64,000 nt of DNA from a virus. Taxonomy: Duplodnaviria > Caudoviricetes. Positions 18,496 to 29,115 of the stretch are shown here, in pieces. Each line of letters starts with the position of its first letter. Positions within the stretch are counted from its first letter, which is position 1. The stretch is taken from positions 5,916 to 69,915 of IMG/VR virus record IMGVR_UViG_3300026549_000004. One strand, given 5' to 3'. Made by a program: the position numbers and the translations under genes. Below the pieces are notes generated by a model. The model saw only the letters and a list, made by a program, of their open reading frames with translations, ran no database searches and had not been told where the DNA came from.

Positions 18496-18522
18496 AGTTT
18501 TTTACAGGGAAAGGAGCTACAC

Positions 18523-18861
18523 ATGAAAACATATATCGAATTAAACAAAAGGCGTTACGAAGCTGCGGAGTTCGACTTCAATACCGTGTGCGATCTGTAT
18601 GAGATGGGTGTTGACCTTGACAAGCTTCAGAAAGCACCTGCCCCGGCAATTCGTGCTTACATCGCAATTTGCATGGGTGCAGATAAAGACATTGCAGGAC
18701 GTGAGATTCAGGAGCATATCATTGGCGGTGGCACACTTGAAGAAGTTGGTGCAGTCATGGCACAGATGCTTGAGAAATCTGATTTTTTTCAGGCTCTCAA
18801 CAAGAGCAAGGAAAAGACTACTCCAGCAAGGAAAGCAACGAAGAAAGAAAAGGAAGAGTAA
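18523..18861 (+). CDS. Tail assembly chaperone (G-like)
   Basis: RBS GGAAAGGAG; position; slippery site near the 3' end. Confidence 0.8.
   Translation: MKTYIELNKRRYEAAEFDFNTVCDLYEMGVDLDKLQKAPAPAIRAYIAICMGADKDIAGREIQEHIIGGGTLEEVGAVMAQMLEKSDFFQALNKSKEKTTPARKATKKEKEE
18783..18789 (+). other. Putative -1 programmed frameshift site T-TTT-TTT (G/GT fusion)
   Basis: The -1 frame from 18783 has no stop and joins ORF 18918..19217. Confidence 0.75.
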
Positions 18862-18917
18862 AATTATATCCTTCCCTGCGTGAGTTCTATCGAAGCGAAG
18901 TTCTTCCTGAATGCTTA

Positions 18918-19217
18918 ATGGCAGGAATGTCTGAGGAAAGATTCTGGAGATCAAATCCGAGAACCATTGAGCCGTATTTCATAGCCCGTGAAAAGCGGAT
19001 CTTTGAAATTGACAGGCTTTCTCATGTGATGGGTGCTTATGTATATAATGCCGTGTCTGCAGCTATGACAGGATTAGGCAAACATCCGAAACCATACAGA
19101 GACAAGCCTTTCCTTGCTGAAGAAGAAGAACGTTTGCGGATTGAACGAATGTCAGAAGAAGAAAAGTTGCGAGAAGTGGAGAAGATCTTCGAACAGCTTG
19201 ATCGTAACGTCAGATGA
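18918..19217 (+). CDS. Tail assembly chaperone T portion
   Basis: GMSEERFW...PY motif; no good RBS; in the -1 frame of the G gene. Confidence 0.75.
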   Translation: MAGMSEERFWRSNPRTIEPYFIAREKRIFEIDRLSHVMGAYVYNAVSAAMTGLGKHPKPYRDKPFLAEEEERLRIERMSEEEKLREVEKIFEQLDRNVR

Positions 19218-19232
19218 TAAGGTGGTGATGGA

Positions 19233-20861
19233 ATGGCAGATAATGTTATTGACACCCTATCGATAGAAATCAAATCAACAAGTTCGTCAGCCAACAGAGC
19301 CATAAACTCTTTGGTCAGCGGTCTTGAGAAACTCGACAATGCCTTGAATTCCTACTCAGGAGGAGCATCTGCCTTTGAAGGTGCATTAAATAATCTTGAG
19401 AAGGGATTTAATCGTCTAAACAGCATCATCAATTCTGTAGACGTTGGAAAGCTGACAAGCATCTCAGGTGCGATCAATTCGCTGTCCAACGCATCGTCAA
19501 AAGCAAACGGTGATAATCTTGTCGGTCTTGCTAATGGCATCAGGGATGTTGCAAGTGCGTCAACAGGTATCAGTAATGGTTCGAATCTTGATGGCTTTAT
19601 AAAAACTGTGTCATCTTTTGGCTACAAAACTGTATCCAATGCGGCACAGAACATGCCACAGCTTTCCAAGGGGCTTCAGCAGTTAAGTGGGGTTACCATT
19701 CCGAACTTCGGAGACTTATCCGGCTTAAGCAATTTCATCAACACTATCAGTCAGCTTGGATTGAAGAAGGGAACGGGAGCTGCATTTAACATTCAGCCTC
19801 TTGTTGCCGGATTGCAACAGTTATACTCTGTGGCAGGTCAAGCACCGCCTGATGCTTCTGGCATACTGAACATTGCGAATGCGTTCTCCGTCATGGGAAG
19901 AGATACAACACTTCGTGCAGTTCAGAACATGCCACAGCTTGCCGATGCTTTCCGAAAACTGGTTTCTTCGTTAGCAAACGTGCCGAAAGTACGGTCCGAT
20001 GTGATTGCTCTGGCAAATGCCATGGCAAAAATGTCTGCCAACGGTTCAAAGGTAGGCAGTTCTTCAAGAAGCCTGTCAAGTGCGTTAAGGCAACAGCAGG
20101 CATCCCAAGAGAACCTTGCCAAGTCTTTCCGTAATATTATTTCCAATACACAAAAGACAAGCAAGGCAATCACAGGATTTGTCAAGAATCTGCTCTTCTC
20201 ACGGCAAGGTGCAGATCAAGCAGGCAGAAGTTATAGCACACTGGCTGCAAAAGTTGGTTTGCTATATGCCAAGTTTTGGATGCTTTTAAGAGCGGTCCGC
20301 ATGGTCGGCAGACTGATGGAAGTCGCATCGTCACTTACCGAAGTTCAGAATGTAGTTGATGCTACTTTCGGTAATATGTCGAAGAAAATTGAGGATTTTT
20401 CCAAGAATGCGATTAAAGACTTCGGTATGTCCGAACTGTCTGCTAAAACATTTGCATCGCAATTCCAAGCGATGGGAACTGCGATGGGTATTACAGGATC
20501 ACAGGTAGCTAATGCTCAAAAGATGCTGAATACCAAAAAGACCATGGAAGGTAATGTTTTGGGATATAATGCTGCTTCAAAGTCTATGGCTGACATGTCA
20601 GTGAATTTAACGAAGTTAACCGCTGATATGGCTTCGTTCTACAACGTGTCTCAAGAGACAGTTGCCAAGGCTTTGCAGAGTGGTGTAATGGCTGGACAAA
20701 CCAGACCACTAAGACAATACGGTATTGATCTTTCCCAAGCGACATTACAAGAGTGGGCATTAAACCACGGAATACAGGCGAACTTTAAGACAATGACGCA
20801 GGCTCAAAAAGCCATGATAAGATATCAATATGTGATGAGTCAGAGTGCGAAAGCCCAAGGT
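19233..20861 (+). CDS. Tape measure protein, exon 1 (543 codons, ends ...AKAQG)
   Basis: TMP repeats; the frame stops shortly after entering intron 1. Confidence 0.88.
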
Positions 20862-21185
20862 AGTCGGGTGGTAGCGTGATCAATGCTTAGTTATCATCCT
20901 TGCCGTCTACGGTGAATCCAACAAGTAGACCGTAGATTATAACCGAAGGATTAAGCGGAGAACTGCTTTGCAAGCACAATCCGAGAGTGAAGGTCATCCG
21001 CAAAAAGATGGTCAACCGCAACGCATAGATGGTGATCCTTATGCTGAGATGCATAAGACCATAACCCATCCAAGAGACTTCGGCATCGGTTGGAATGTTC
21101 CGCAGAGGAACATGGTGAAAATATATGCTCGTCTATACTGTAATGGTATAGGGTATGGATAAAAAGCCATGCCATGAAGATTACG
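20862..21185 (+). ncRNA. Group I intron 1 (324 nt, no ORF)
   Basis: Exon ends in U, intron ends in G; P4 CGGA/TCCG; P3 AAGGAT/ATCCTT; P7 GCATA(21023)/TATGC(21124). Confidence 0.82.
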
Positions 21186-21206
21186 GACTTCGCTCGCACT
21201 TCCGGT
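21186..21206 (+). CDS. Tape measure protein micro-exon 2 (21 nt, DFARTSG)
   Basis: GACTTCGCTCGCACTTCCGGT restores the QG-DFARTSG-TWxNQ tape-measure motif in frame. Confidence 0.85.
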
Positions 21207-21497
21207 AGAATAAAACGTGCCGCCTAACACAGTAATGTGTTATGGAAAAACCGGGCAATATCGGTGAATCCTAAGTTCAATGAATATGGCAACACCGAGA
21301 TAACACAGGGAATTAAAGAGCCTTGTGCATCGTAGAGAGTAGGAACTGAAACTGTTTTAGCAGAATATAATGTTTCCCAAGAGTGTCCGGCATCCCAAGA
21401 GGATGATGATGTACTCCAACCTGGGGATGAAATAACATCCCATCATGCGAGGAAACTCCCAGAAATGTAGGATAAAAAGCCTGCATGGTAATATTGG
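21207..21497 (+). ncRNA. Group I intron 2 (291 nt, no ORF)
   Basis: IGS ACGTGCCG (21215-21222) pairs both exon ends (CGGU|ACGU); P3 CCGGGCA/TGTCCGG; P4 TCGGTG/CACCGA; P7 GAGTA/TACTC; terminal G. Confidence 0.88.
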
Positions 21498-24188
21498 ACG
21501 TGGCATAATCAGATTGTTATCTTAAAACAGCAGTTACAACAGCTTGCGGCAGTCATTGGTTCAGGCTTAATACAAGCCATAAAACCATTCGTACAACAAT
21601 TTAACGCAGCCCTGTCCGGGTTGATTGCATTTGCACAGAAAGTAGTCAACGCATTAGGCAAAATCTTTGGATGGGAGATGGAAGTCAACACCAAAGGACT
21701 TGCCATTGATGATGATGCTATCGAAGATGGTGCAGATGCTATGGGTAACCTTGGTGATGCAGCCGATAAAGCATCCAAATCCACCAAGGAACTGAACAAA
21801 CAGCTACAGGGCTTTGATAAGCTGAATGTCCTGACCACAAAGAAAGATAATTCTTCATCCAAGAAAAAGGACGATGATTCGAAGTCTGGAACTGGAACGG
21901 CTGTCGTAGACACAGGAGATGCTACCGCAGCACTCAAGAAAACCAAGGGTGTATTTGAATCTGAGATTGACAACCTGTTTGATCTTGGAAGATACATCAG
22001 CAATGCTCTGTCAAAACAGATGGAGAAGATTAACTGGAATGCGGTTTACGAAAAGGCAAGGAGTTTTGGAGCAGGTCTTGCGAACTTCCTAAACGGATTG
22101 ATCACGCCAAGGCTTTTCTATAACGTAGGAAGAACAATCTCAAGTTCAATCAGTACGGCTTTCCATTTCCTTGATTCGTTTGGTCAGACGTTTGATTGGA
22201 AAAACTTCGGAAAGTCTATCGGTGCCGGTATCAATGGATTTCTCGCAGGATTCGATTGGGTAACCATCAAGAGTGCTGCGAAGAATTGGGGATCTGGACT
22301 TGCCGATACAATCATGAGTGCAGTGGCAGAAACCGATTTCCATGGCATTGGCGAAGCACTGATGCATGCCCTTGATACGGCACTGACCTTTGCTTTCGAG
22401 CTTGGAAGTGGACTTGATTTCACGGAAATCGGTACAAGGCTTGCTGATGGTATCAATGGAGCAATCGAAAACTTCCCAGCAGAGAAATTTGCTAATACCA
22501 TTGACGAATGGGTTCAAGGTCTTTGGGATATGATTGTTTCGTGCCTAAGTCAGATTCACTGGGATGACCTTGGCGAAAAGATCAAGGAATTTGTTGGCAA
22601 CATTGATCCAAAGACATGGCGAATTCTGGTTGGTGGACTGATATTACTGAAGGCTGGTAGTTTTGCTATATCTCTTTCAGAGGAAATAATTAAGCAGGCC
22701 GGGTTAAACATTGCTACGTCATTGGCTGCAAAACTTCCTGGAATTTTAGGTGGTAACGCAGCTCTTCAGGGAGCTATCGGTACTGGCCTTGGAGACGCAG
22801 CAGCAGCTGCCACGGGTGGTGGAGCATTGGCTGCAGATGGTGCAGGAGCAGCAGCAGAGGGAGCAGGAGCAGCAACGGCACTTGAAGGGCTTGGTGCATC
22901 TGCAGGAGCAGCGGCAGCCCCAATAGGGGTGCTTGTGGCTTTGCTTGCATCTCTTGCTGTTGGCCTTGGATATGTTTATGCAACATCGGAAGAAGTCAGA
23001 CAGGGTTTTTCGGATGCAGTAACTACAATTCAAGAATCCATGCAACCAGCTTTGCAGTTTATGACCGACACGGTTCTTCCAGACATCCAAAATGGATTCC
23101 AAGGATTGATGGATATATTATCGCCACTTGGGGATTTTCTTAACGATGTGTTTAAATCCATATGGATTGATATGATTAATCCCGGATTAGAGTATTTAGG
23201 CACAACAATTCTGCCCCTGTTGACGGATGTGTTTGAGGAATTGTGGAATCAGGTATTGGTTCCGTTAGGCAAATTCTTGGGTGATGTGTTCAGACCAATT
23301 ATCAGCACATTGTCAAAAGTGCTTGGTACGTTGTGGAAGAATGTAGTAGTTCCTCTCGCTAAAGCGGTTGGCACAGTTCTTGGTGGTGCTTTTGAAATTA
23401 TTGGCACTATATTCAAAAATGTTATCATACCAATTGTTAATGTAGTTATAAAAGTATTCAGCTTTTTGTGGAATAATGTGTTGGTTCCAGTAGGTAAGTT
23501 TGTTTCCACAGTTTTAGGGCCGGTATTTGAAACTGCATTTAAAGCGATTGGAGATGTAATAGGGAATATTACAGAAATATTTAGCGGTCTGATTGATTTT
23601 ATTTCTGGAGTGTTTTCCGGGGATTGGAAAAAGGCATGGAATGGCATTAAGAAGGTATTTAAGGGAATATGGGATACACTTGCAACAATTGTTAAAACTC
23701 CCATCAATTTGATTATAGGATTGTTTGAAGGACTTGTTAATGGAATTATCGGTGCCTTTAATGCGATAAAACGTGCGTTGAATCATCTCCATTTCACAGT
23801 TCCTGATTGGGTTCCTGGCATTGGTGGCTCAGAATTCGGATTCAATTTTAGCATGACATCAAAAATGAAGATCCCACGCCTTGAAAAAGGTGGATTCCTT
23901 CCGTATGGATCATCGATGTTCATCGCAGGTGAACACGGAATACCTGAGTTGCTTGGTACTGTCAATGGCAAGAATGCCGTAGCAGGCGGTGCTGAAATCA
24001 CAGGTATTCGTGATGAAATCCACGATTCCAGTAATCGTCAGCTTGCCAACGATAATCGGATTATTCAGTTGTTGACAATCATAGCAGAAAAGGAATTCGG
24101 CATCACACAAGATGCTATGTTCCGAGCAGTAAGAAACAGTGCTTCTGACTATACGATGCGTACAGGCAGAGGTGCTTTTGAATTTTAG
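21498..24188 (+). CDS. Tape measure protein, exon 3 (spliced product about 1446 aa)
   Basis: Frame is open from 21498 (TWHNQIVILKQQ...) into track ORF 21621..24188. Confidence 0.88.
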   Translation, partial: TWHNQIVILKQQLQQLAAVIGSGLIQAIKPFVQQFNAALSGLIAFAQKVVNALGKIFGWEMEVNTKGLAIDDDAIEDGADAMGNLGDAADKASKSTKELNKQLQGFDKLNVLTTKKDNSSSKKKDDDSKSGTGTAVVDTGDATAALKKTKGVFESEIDNLFDLGRYISNALSKQMEKINWNAVYEKARSFGAGLANFLNGLITPRLFYNVGRTISSSISTAFHFLDSFGQTFDWKNFGKSIGAGINGFLAGFDWVTIKSAAKNWGSGLADTIMSAVAETDFHGIGEALMHALDTALTFAFELGSGLDFTEIGTRLADGINGAIENFPAEKFANTIDEWVQGLWDMIVSCLSQIHWDDLGEKIKEFVGNIDPKTWRILVGGLILLKAGSFAISLSEEIIKQAGLNIATSLAAKLPGILGGNAALQGAIGTGLGDAAAAATGGGALAADGAGAAAEGAGAATALEGLGASAGAAAAPIGVLVALLASLAVGLGYVYATSEEVRQGFSDAVTTIQESMQPALQFMTDTVLPDIQNGFQGLMDILSPLGDFLNDVFKSIWIDMINPGLEYLGTTILPLLTDVFEELWNQVLVPLGKFLGDVFRPIISTLSKVLGTLWKNVVVPLAKAVGTVLGGAFEIIGTIFKNVIIPIVNVVIKVFSFLWNNVLVPVGKFVSTVLGPVFETAFKAIGDVIGNITEIFSGLIDFISGVFSGDWKKAWNGIKKVFKGIWDTLATIVKTPINLIIGLFEGLVNGIIGAFNAIKRALNHLHFTVPDWVPGIGGSEFGFNFSMTSKMKIPRLEKGGFLPYGSSMFIAGEHGIPELLGTVNGKNAVAGGAEITGIRDEIHDSSNRQLANDNRIIQLLTIIAEKEFGITQDAMFRAVRNSASDYTMRTGRGAFEF

Positions 24189-24233
24189 GGATGGATGTAA
24201 TGTCCATCCCTTTTTGATTAAGGGGGACGAATC

Positions 24234-24644
24234 ATGGCTTTCAATGGTTCTTTAATTAAACTAAGCGGTGATAACTTCCCGTTGAAATATGTATACAAGG
24301 AATCATACAAGGTTACGCCAAACAGACGGCAAGACCTTGATCCTTATCGTGACGCAAACGGATTGCTTCACAGAAACACGCTTTCGCACACAGCTACCAC
24401 GATTACTTTCCAGACCAAGCCGATGTGGAATGACGAATTTGATGCCATGATGAGCTTCATTCGGTCGCACTATACGAAGTCGCTTGAGAAAAAATTGCAT
24501 ATCACGTACTTCAGCCCGGATCTTAATGATTACAGGACGGGCGATTTTTATGTTCCTGATGTCGAGTACAACATGGATCTGGTTGATACGGTCAAGCGGA
24601 AAATCTTTTATCTGTCTACTACTCTTGAGTTCATTGAGTATTAG
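24234..24644 (+). CDS. Distal tail / baseplate-proximal protein
   Basis: Follows the TMP; DPYRDANGLLHR motif. Confidence 0.7.
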   Translation: MAFNGSLIKLSGDNFPLKYVYKESYKVTPNRRQDLDPYRDANGLLHRNTLSHTATTITFQTKPMWNDEFDAMMSFIRSHYTKSLEKKLHITYFSPDLNDYRTGDFYVPDVEYNMDLVDTVKRKIFYLSTTLEFIEY

Positions 24645-24656
24645 GGGGGTGGTTCT

Positions 24657-27600
24657 TTGATTGATATAACCGAACTTGTCCAAAGTGCGTTTCAAGGGCC
24701 ATATCCTAAAGAGCTTACTCTTGAATTTCCAATAGGCAGAACGCTCACAAACGAAAACATTCTCACGGAATCCATGTCACTGGAGCAATCGGTATGCGAT
24801 GAAAGCAATCTGACTTTCGGCATGGTGTATTCCACATGTTTTTCCGTGACGATCTTTGATGACGGATTGTCATATACAGGACTAAAGGTTAATCCAAAGA
24901 TTACTGCGGTTTATGAATCGGCAGACACTGGTGCGATCAGTCGGTTTTATCGTGAACTTGGCTCCTATACGGTCAAATCCGATAATTTGACAGCCGACAA
25001 GATGTACCGTGAGCTGAAGTGCTATGACGCCTTGGCTGATGTTCTTTCGTTTGATTATTCAGAGTGGCATAACTCCCTTCGTGCATCTTCGTTTACGTTA
25101 AAGACGTATCGAGATGCATTTTTTAGTTATGTAGGTATTCAACAGGAAGAAGTATCACTGCCAAACGATTCGGTAACACTACAAAAGTTTACCGTAGATA
25201 AGTTAAGTGGATCGCAAATCATCGGCACGATTCTTCAGTTAACCGGCACTTTTGGATTCATTCGAATCAACAATGGGAAGTTCACCTACGTTCATCCGTC
25301 TACTACACCACAGACAACTATCGATGACAGTTCATACATCCAAGGATCTTTAAGCTACGAAGACGAACAGATGGTTGCGATATCGGGCGTTAAGGTTGTC
25401 GGATATTCCGACAGCTATACCGGTGATGATGGCGAAACAGAAGACAGGGGCATGGACAATGCTGTTGCCGGAACAAGTAACGGCAGTGTTTATGAGGTTC
25501 CTGACAATTTTCTGATTCACTTATCTGACCTGAGTACACGTTTGGAAATCGCAAGGGCGATATTTGCCAAGGTAAAAAACTACACCTATCATTCGGTTGA
25601 TGTCGAACTTCCACCGTATATGGGATTAGAACCTGGGGATGTCGTGCAAATCGTTACTGACCGAAAGACGGTTACGTTTCCGATACTCCACAGATCATTA
25701 AGTGGCATTTCTGCTCTCAGGGATCACTTTGAAGCAAAGGGCGAAGGGCAGATTTCCAGTAATGCTGGATCGGTATCTGGCGGTGTCAGTTCAACTGCAA
25801 TGGCGGTGAATCAGATCCGCTTAAGTGTTTCTGAGCTTCTGGCAAGAAAAGCATCGGTCGAGTCCCTGACCGCATCCAATGCAAGAATTACAACGCTTGA
25901 AGCATCAGATGTGACCATCAACAACGTGTTGAACGCACATAAGGCAAACATCGAAAGCCTTGAGGCAAACAAGGCCAATGTGACAGACCTTAGTGCTTCG
26001 AACGCAAGGATTGCCACACTTGAAACAGGATATGCAAGCGTCAGTCAGCTTGAAGCCAACTATGCAAACATCAAGACGATACTGTCAGGAAACATCGGAA
26101 CAGGTGATTTGCAGACCATTCATCTGACATCTGCAAACTCCGTTGTGGATCAGGCGGTCATTCGAAACCTTGTATCACAGTACATATCGGTTTCCGATTT
26201 GCTTGCCGGGACAATCAGCACGAATAAGTTTACTGTTGCTTCGGACGATGGTGCTTTTAGCATTGACGGTGCTACTCAAACCATTAAGGACGGAAACGGG
26301 AATGTCCGTATCCAGATGGGACAGGATGCAAGCGGAAACTTCACTTTTGTTCTCTACGATGCAACGGGGCAAGGCGTCTTGCTCGATGCTACAGGCATTA
26401 AGGAATCTGCGATAGCTGATGGTTTGATCAAGGATGCCAAGGTGGCTTCTGATGCAGGAATCAAGGGTAGCAAGCTGGATATCGATTCAGTTGTTACCGA
26501 GATGAATAAGCCGGGTACAACGGTTATTAAATCCAACAAGATTTGGTTTGATGATTCAAGCCAGACGCTGACACAGGCTTTTTCAGCAGTGTCCACATCA
26601 GTTACCAATGCAACCACGCTTGCAGAAACGGCTAATGCCAATGCGGATGCAGCTATCCGAGCCATTGAAGGTATTTCTTCACTTGACAATGTTACTGCGG
26701 TATTAAGTAGCGATAGTCATGTAGTCCATACAAACTACGATGGAACGGGCGGTGTTTACACATACGCAAATACCCAAGTGTCTGCCTACAAAGGCGATGC
26801 TGACATTTCTTCACAGGTCAACATAACATATACGGCATCCACAGGACTGACAGGCACATGGACAGCATCGACAAGAACCTACCAAGTAACCTCTCTAACT
26901 ACGGATAACGGATATGTGGATTTCACGGTTACATATACTCCGCAGAATGGCAACGCTGTCACTGTAACAAAGAGATTCTCTATTGCCAAAGCTCCTGACG
27001 GACGTGCAGGATCAGCCTACACACTGCAATCATCGGTGGACGTTGTACAGAAAAGATCTGGTGGAATCTTCCGACCGGAAACCGTGGTCTTTTCATCGTT
27101 GGAATCTATTGGATCAAGCACGTTGCCGTATACAGGCATTTATCAGATAGAGGAATCGGCAGATGCGTCTACATGGGTGCAGAAATACATCTCAGGGAGT
27201 GCTGAATCAACCGTAACTTACAGACCGACATCATCGGCTGAATACATACGATGCACGTTGTTTGATTCCTACAATGTCTATCTTGCATCCAAGACATTGA
27301 CGGCTATTCCAGATGCTTCGGAACTTGCTGACGAAATCTCTGAAGCACAGGGAACGATCCAAAGCATATCTTCAAGGGTTGGTGTGGTTGAATCAGGCAT
27401 CAATGGGTTAAGTGTTGATCTTGCTGACACCAAGGAAGAACTTCACGGTTTGGCAGACAACACTCTGCTTTATCAGGTGATCACAAATTACAACGCATCC
27501 GACATCGTAACTCTTGAAGCAAGGATTTACCAGAACGGATTAGACATCCACACGGATTATCCTGCACCATGGTTCTCTTGGCATAAAAAGACGGAAGATG

Positions 27601-27770
27601 AGCTGAAAACGATTGGCTCCGGCTATTCCATAACCATTGACAAAACGGACTTTGGTTATGGTGGAACAGTAGTTGGCATATTTGAAACCTTCGAAGAAGG
27701 ACTTCTTGTTCTTCCTGATAATAAATACCTGGTTCTGCCCGATGGCAACAGGTTGAAACTTTACTACTAA
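24657..27770 (+). CDS. Baseplate hub / tail tip protein (Tal-like) with coiled coil
   Basis: 1037 aa; hub-like N-terminus, coiled coil, beta-rich C-terminus. Confidence 0.75.
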   Translation: MIDITELVQSAFQGPYPKELTLEFPIGRTLTNENILTESMSLEQSVCDESNLTFGMVYSTCFSVTIFDDGLSYTGLKVNPKITAVYESADTGAISRFYRELGSYTVKSDNLTADKMYRELKCYDALADVLSFDYSEWHNSLRASSFTLKTYRDAFFSYVGIQQEEVSLPNDSVTLQKFTVDKLSGSQIIGTILQLTGTFGFIRINNGKFTYVHPSTTPQTTIDDSSYIQGSLSYEDEQMVAISGVKVVGYSDSYTGDDGETEDRGMDNAVAGTSNGSVYEVPDNFLIHLSDLSTRLEIARAIFAKVKNYTYHSVDVELPPYMGLEPGDVVQIVTDRKTVTFPILHRSLSGISALRDHFEAKGEGQISSNAGSVSGGVSSTAMAVNQIRLSVSELLARKASVESLTASNARITTLEASDVTINNVLNAHKANIESLEANKANVTDLSASNARIATLETGYASVSQLEANYANIKTILSGNIGTGDLQTIHLTSANSVVDQAVIRNLVSQYISVSDLLAGTISTNKFTVASDDGAFSIDGATQTIKDGNGNVRIQMGQDASGNFTFVLYDATGQGVLLDATGIKESAIADGLIKDAKVASDAGIKGSKLDIDSVVTEMNKPGTTVIKSNKIWFDDSSQTLTQAFSAVSTSVTNATTLAETANANADAAIRAIEGISSLDNVTAVLSSDSHVVHTNYDGTGGVYTYANTQVSAYKGDADISSQVNITYTASTGLTGTWTASTRTYQVTSLTTDNGYVDFTVTYTPQNGNAVTVTKRFSIAKAPDGRAGSAYTLQSSVDVVQKRSGGIFRPETVVFSSLESIGSSTLPYTGIYQIEESADASTWVQKYISGSAESTVTYRPTSSAEYIRCTLFDSYNVYLASKTLTAIPDASELADEISEAQGTIQSISSRVGVVESGINGLSVDLADTKEELHGLADNTLLYQVITNYNASDIVTLEARIYQNGLDIHTDYPAPWFSWHKKTEDELKTIGSGYSITIDKTDFGYGGTVVGIFETFEEGLLVLPDNKYLVLPDGNRLKLYY

Positions 27771-27782
27771 GGTGGTGGAAAT

Positions 27783-28286
27783 ATGGCAGATATAAACGCT
27801 GTTGATCTTGCACAGGAAACAGCATTAACACTTGATGGTGCGGAACAATTTGTGATGTTTGACACATCGCAAGGCAAGAGATCCACTGTCGAGGAAGTAG
27901 GCAACTATATATTAAACAGGCAGAAAGCCATCGGTACAAAAACGGTCAGTGAACACTTTGATTCTGTTGATCAGGAAGTTTCAGAAATCAGAGCATCGGT
28001 CGGCACACCTCTTGTTGCCAATACGGCAATCGAGATGACAGACCGAACAAAGATCTACGTCTATACAGGATCGGAATCAGGATATTCCAATGGGCATTGG
28101 TATTACTGGAACGGTTCTTCTTGGGAAGATGGTGGAGTTTATCAGGCCACGGCAATACAAACCGACAAAACATTACTTCTGTCTGATCAACCTGCCGATG
28201 CAAAGACCGTAGGAGATATCCTTCGAAGTATAACAGCTACTGATACGACAGGCGAAGGGGACATCGTTCTTTCCTTCGGAATGTAA
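27783..28286 (+). CDS. Tail-associated hypothetical protein
   Basis: VYTGSESGYSNGHWYYWNGSSWEDGGVYQ; DKTL...PADAK fibre-type motifs. Confidence 0.65.
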   Translation: MADINAVDLAQETALTLDGAEQFVMFDTSQGKRSTVEEVGNYILNRQKAIGTKTVSEHFDSVDQEVSEIRASVGTPLVANTAIEMTDRTKIYVYTGSESGYSNGHWYYWNGSSWEDGGVYQATAIQTDKTLLLSDQPADAKTVGDILRSITATDTTGEGDIVLSFGM

Positions 28287-28290
28287 GGCG

Positions 28291-28680
28291 GTGATTGTTT
28301 TGGCTTATATCTATGAGAACAAAAATCCTTTTAATCACAGAGTTGGCGATTGCGTGATCAGGGCAATTGCCAAAGTCTTAAATATGTCTTGGGATGATGT
28401 GGCGATTGATCTTTCCATGATGATGGTCACAAAGAAAGACATCATAACATCGAACAGTTTATGGGGAGAATACCTTGCGCTGAATGGTTTCAGACGTGGT
28501 GTTCTCCCTAATACTTGTCCTGATTGTTTCACACTGAAGGATTTTTGCAGAGAGTTTCCACATGGAACGTATGTGGCCTGTACGGGATCTCACGTTATAG
28601 CGGTAATTGATGGCGATTATTTTGATGTCTTCGATAGTGGGGACGAGATAATCACTTATTTTTGGGAAAGGGTGGAATAG
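28291..28680 (+). CDS. Putative papain-like Cys peptidase (GDCVIRA family)
   Basis: GDC...SHVIAV...YFDVFDS, a possible Cys-His-Asp triad (inference). Confidence 0.55.
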   Translation: MIVLAYIYENKNPFNHRVGDCVIRAIAKVLNMSWDDVAIDLSMMMVTKKDIITSNSLWGEYLALNGFRRGVLPNTCPDCFTLKDFCREFPHGTYVACTGSHVIAVIDGDYFDVFDSGDEIITYFWERVE

Positions 28681-29115
28681 ATGGCAATCAACTACGGACA
28701 GAATTACAACTATGGAAATACATTTCCGGGTAATCAGAATCCAATGGGATTTCAAAACCCGATGATTTACGGCAATCAACCGATGCAACAGGATGACAAT
28801 TCCATCATGGCTGTTTTTGTACAGGGAGAAGCCGGAGCGACAAATTATCTTGTTCGAAGCGGAACTACGGTTATGCCGATTGATTTTCAAGCAGGTAAGT
28901 TTTGGCTGAAATCCAACACAGGTGGCATTCCGCAGAGGATGAGACACTTTGTATTTAAGGAAATCTTCCCGGAACAGGAACAACCATCTGGTCAGACTGG
29001 TGCAGATGGTGGTGTGTCGAGAGAAGAATTTGATTCTTTAACAAAGAATGTTTCGACTATTGCAAACAATCTGCAAAAACTTCTTGCGGATTTAGGAGGT
29101 GGATCAAATGAATAA
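28681..29115 (+). CDS. Hypothetical protein with N/Q/Y-rich N-terminus
   Basis: MAINYGQNYNYGN...; coupled to its neighbours. Confidence 0.75.
   Translation: MAINYGQNYNYGNTFPGNQNPMGFQNPMIYGNQPMQQDDNSIMAVFVQGEAGATNYLVRSGTTVMPIDFQAGKFWLKSNTGGIPQRMRHFVFKEIFPEQEQPSGQTGADGGVSREEFDSLTKNVSTIANNLQKLLADLGGGSNE

Noticed and set aside
20887-21230. ORFs inside intron 1 as homing endonucleases
   Set aside because: 60-82 aa, no LAGLIDADG/HNH/GIY-YIG motif and no RBS; they overlap the ribozyme core.
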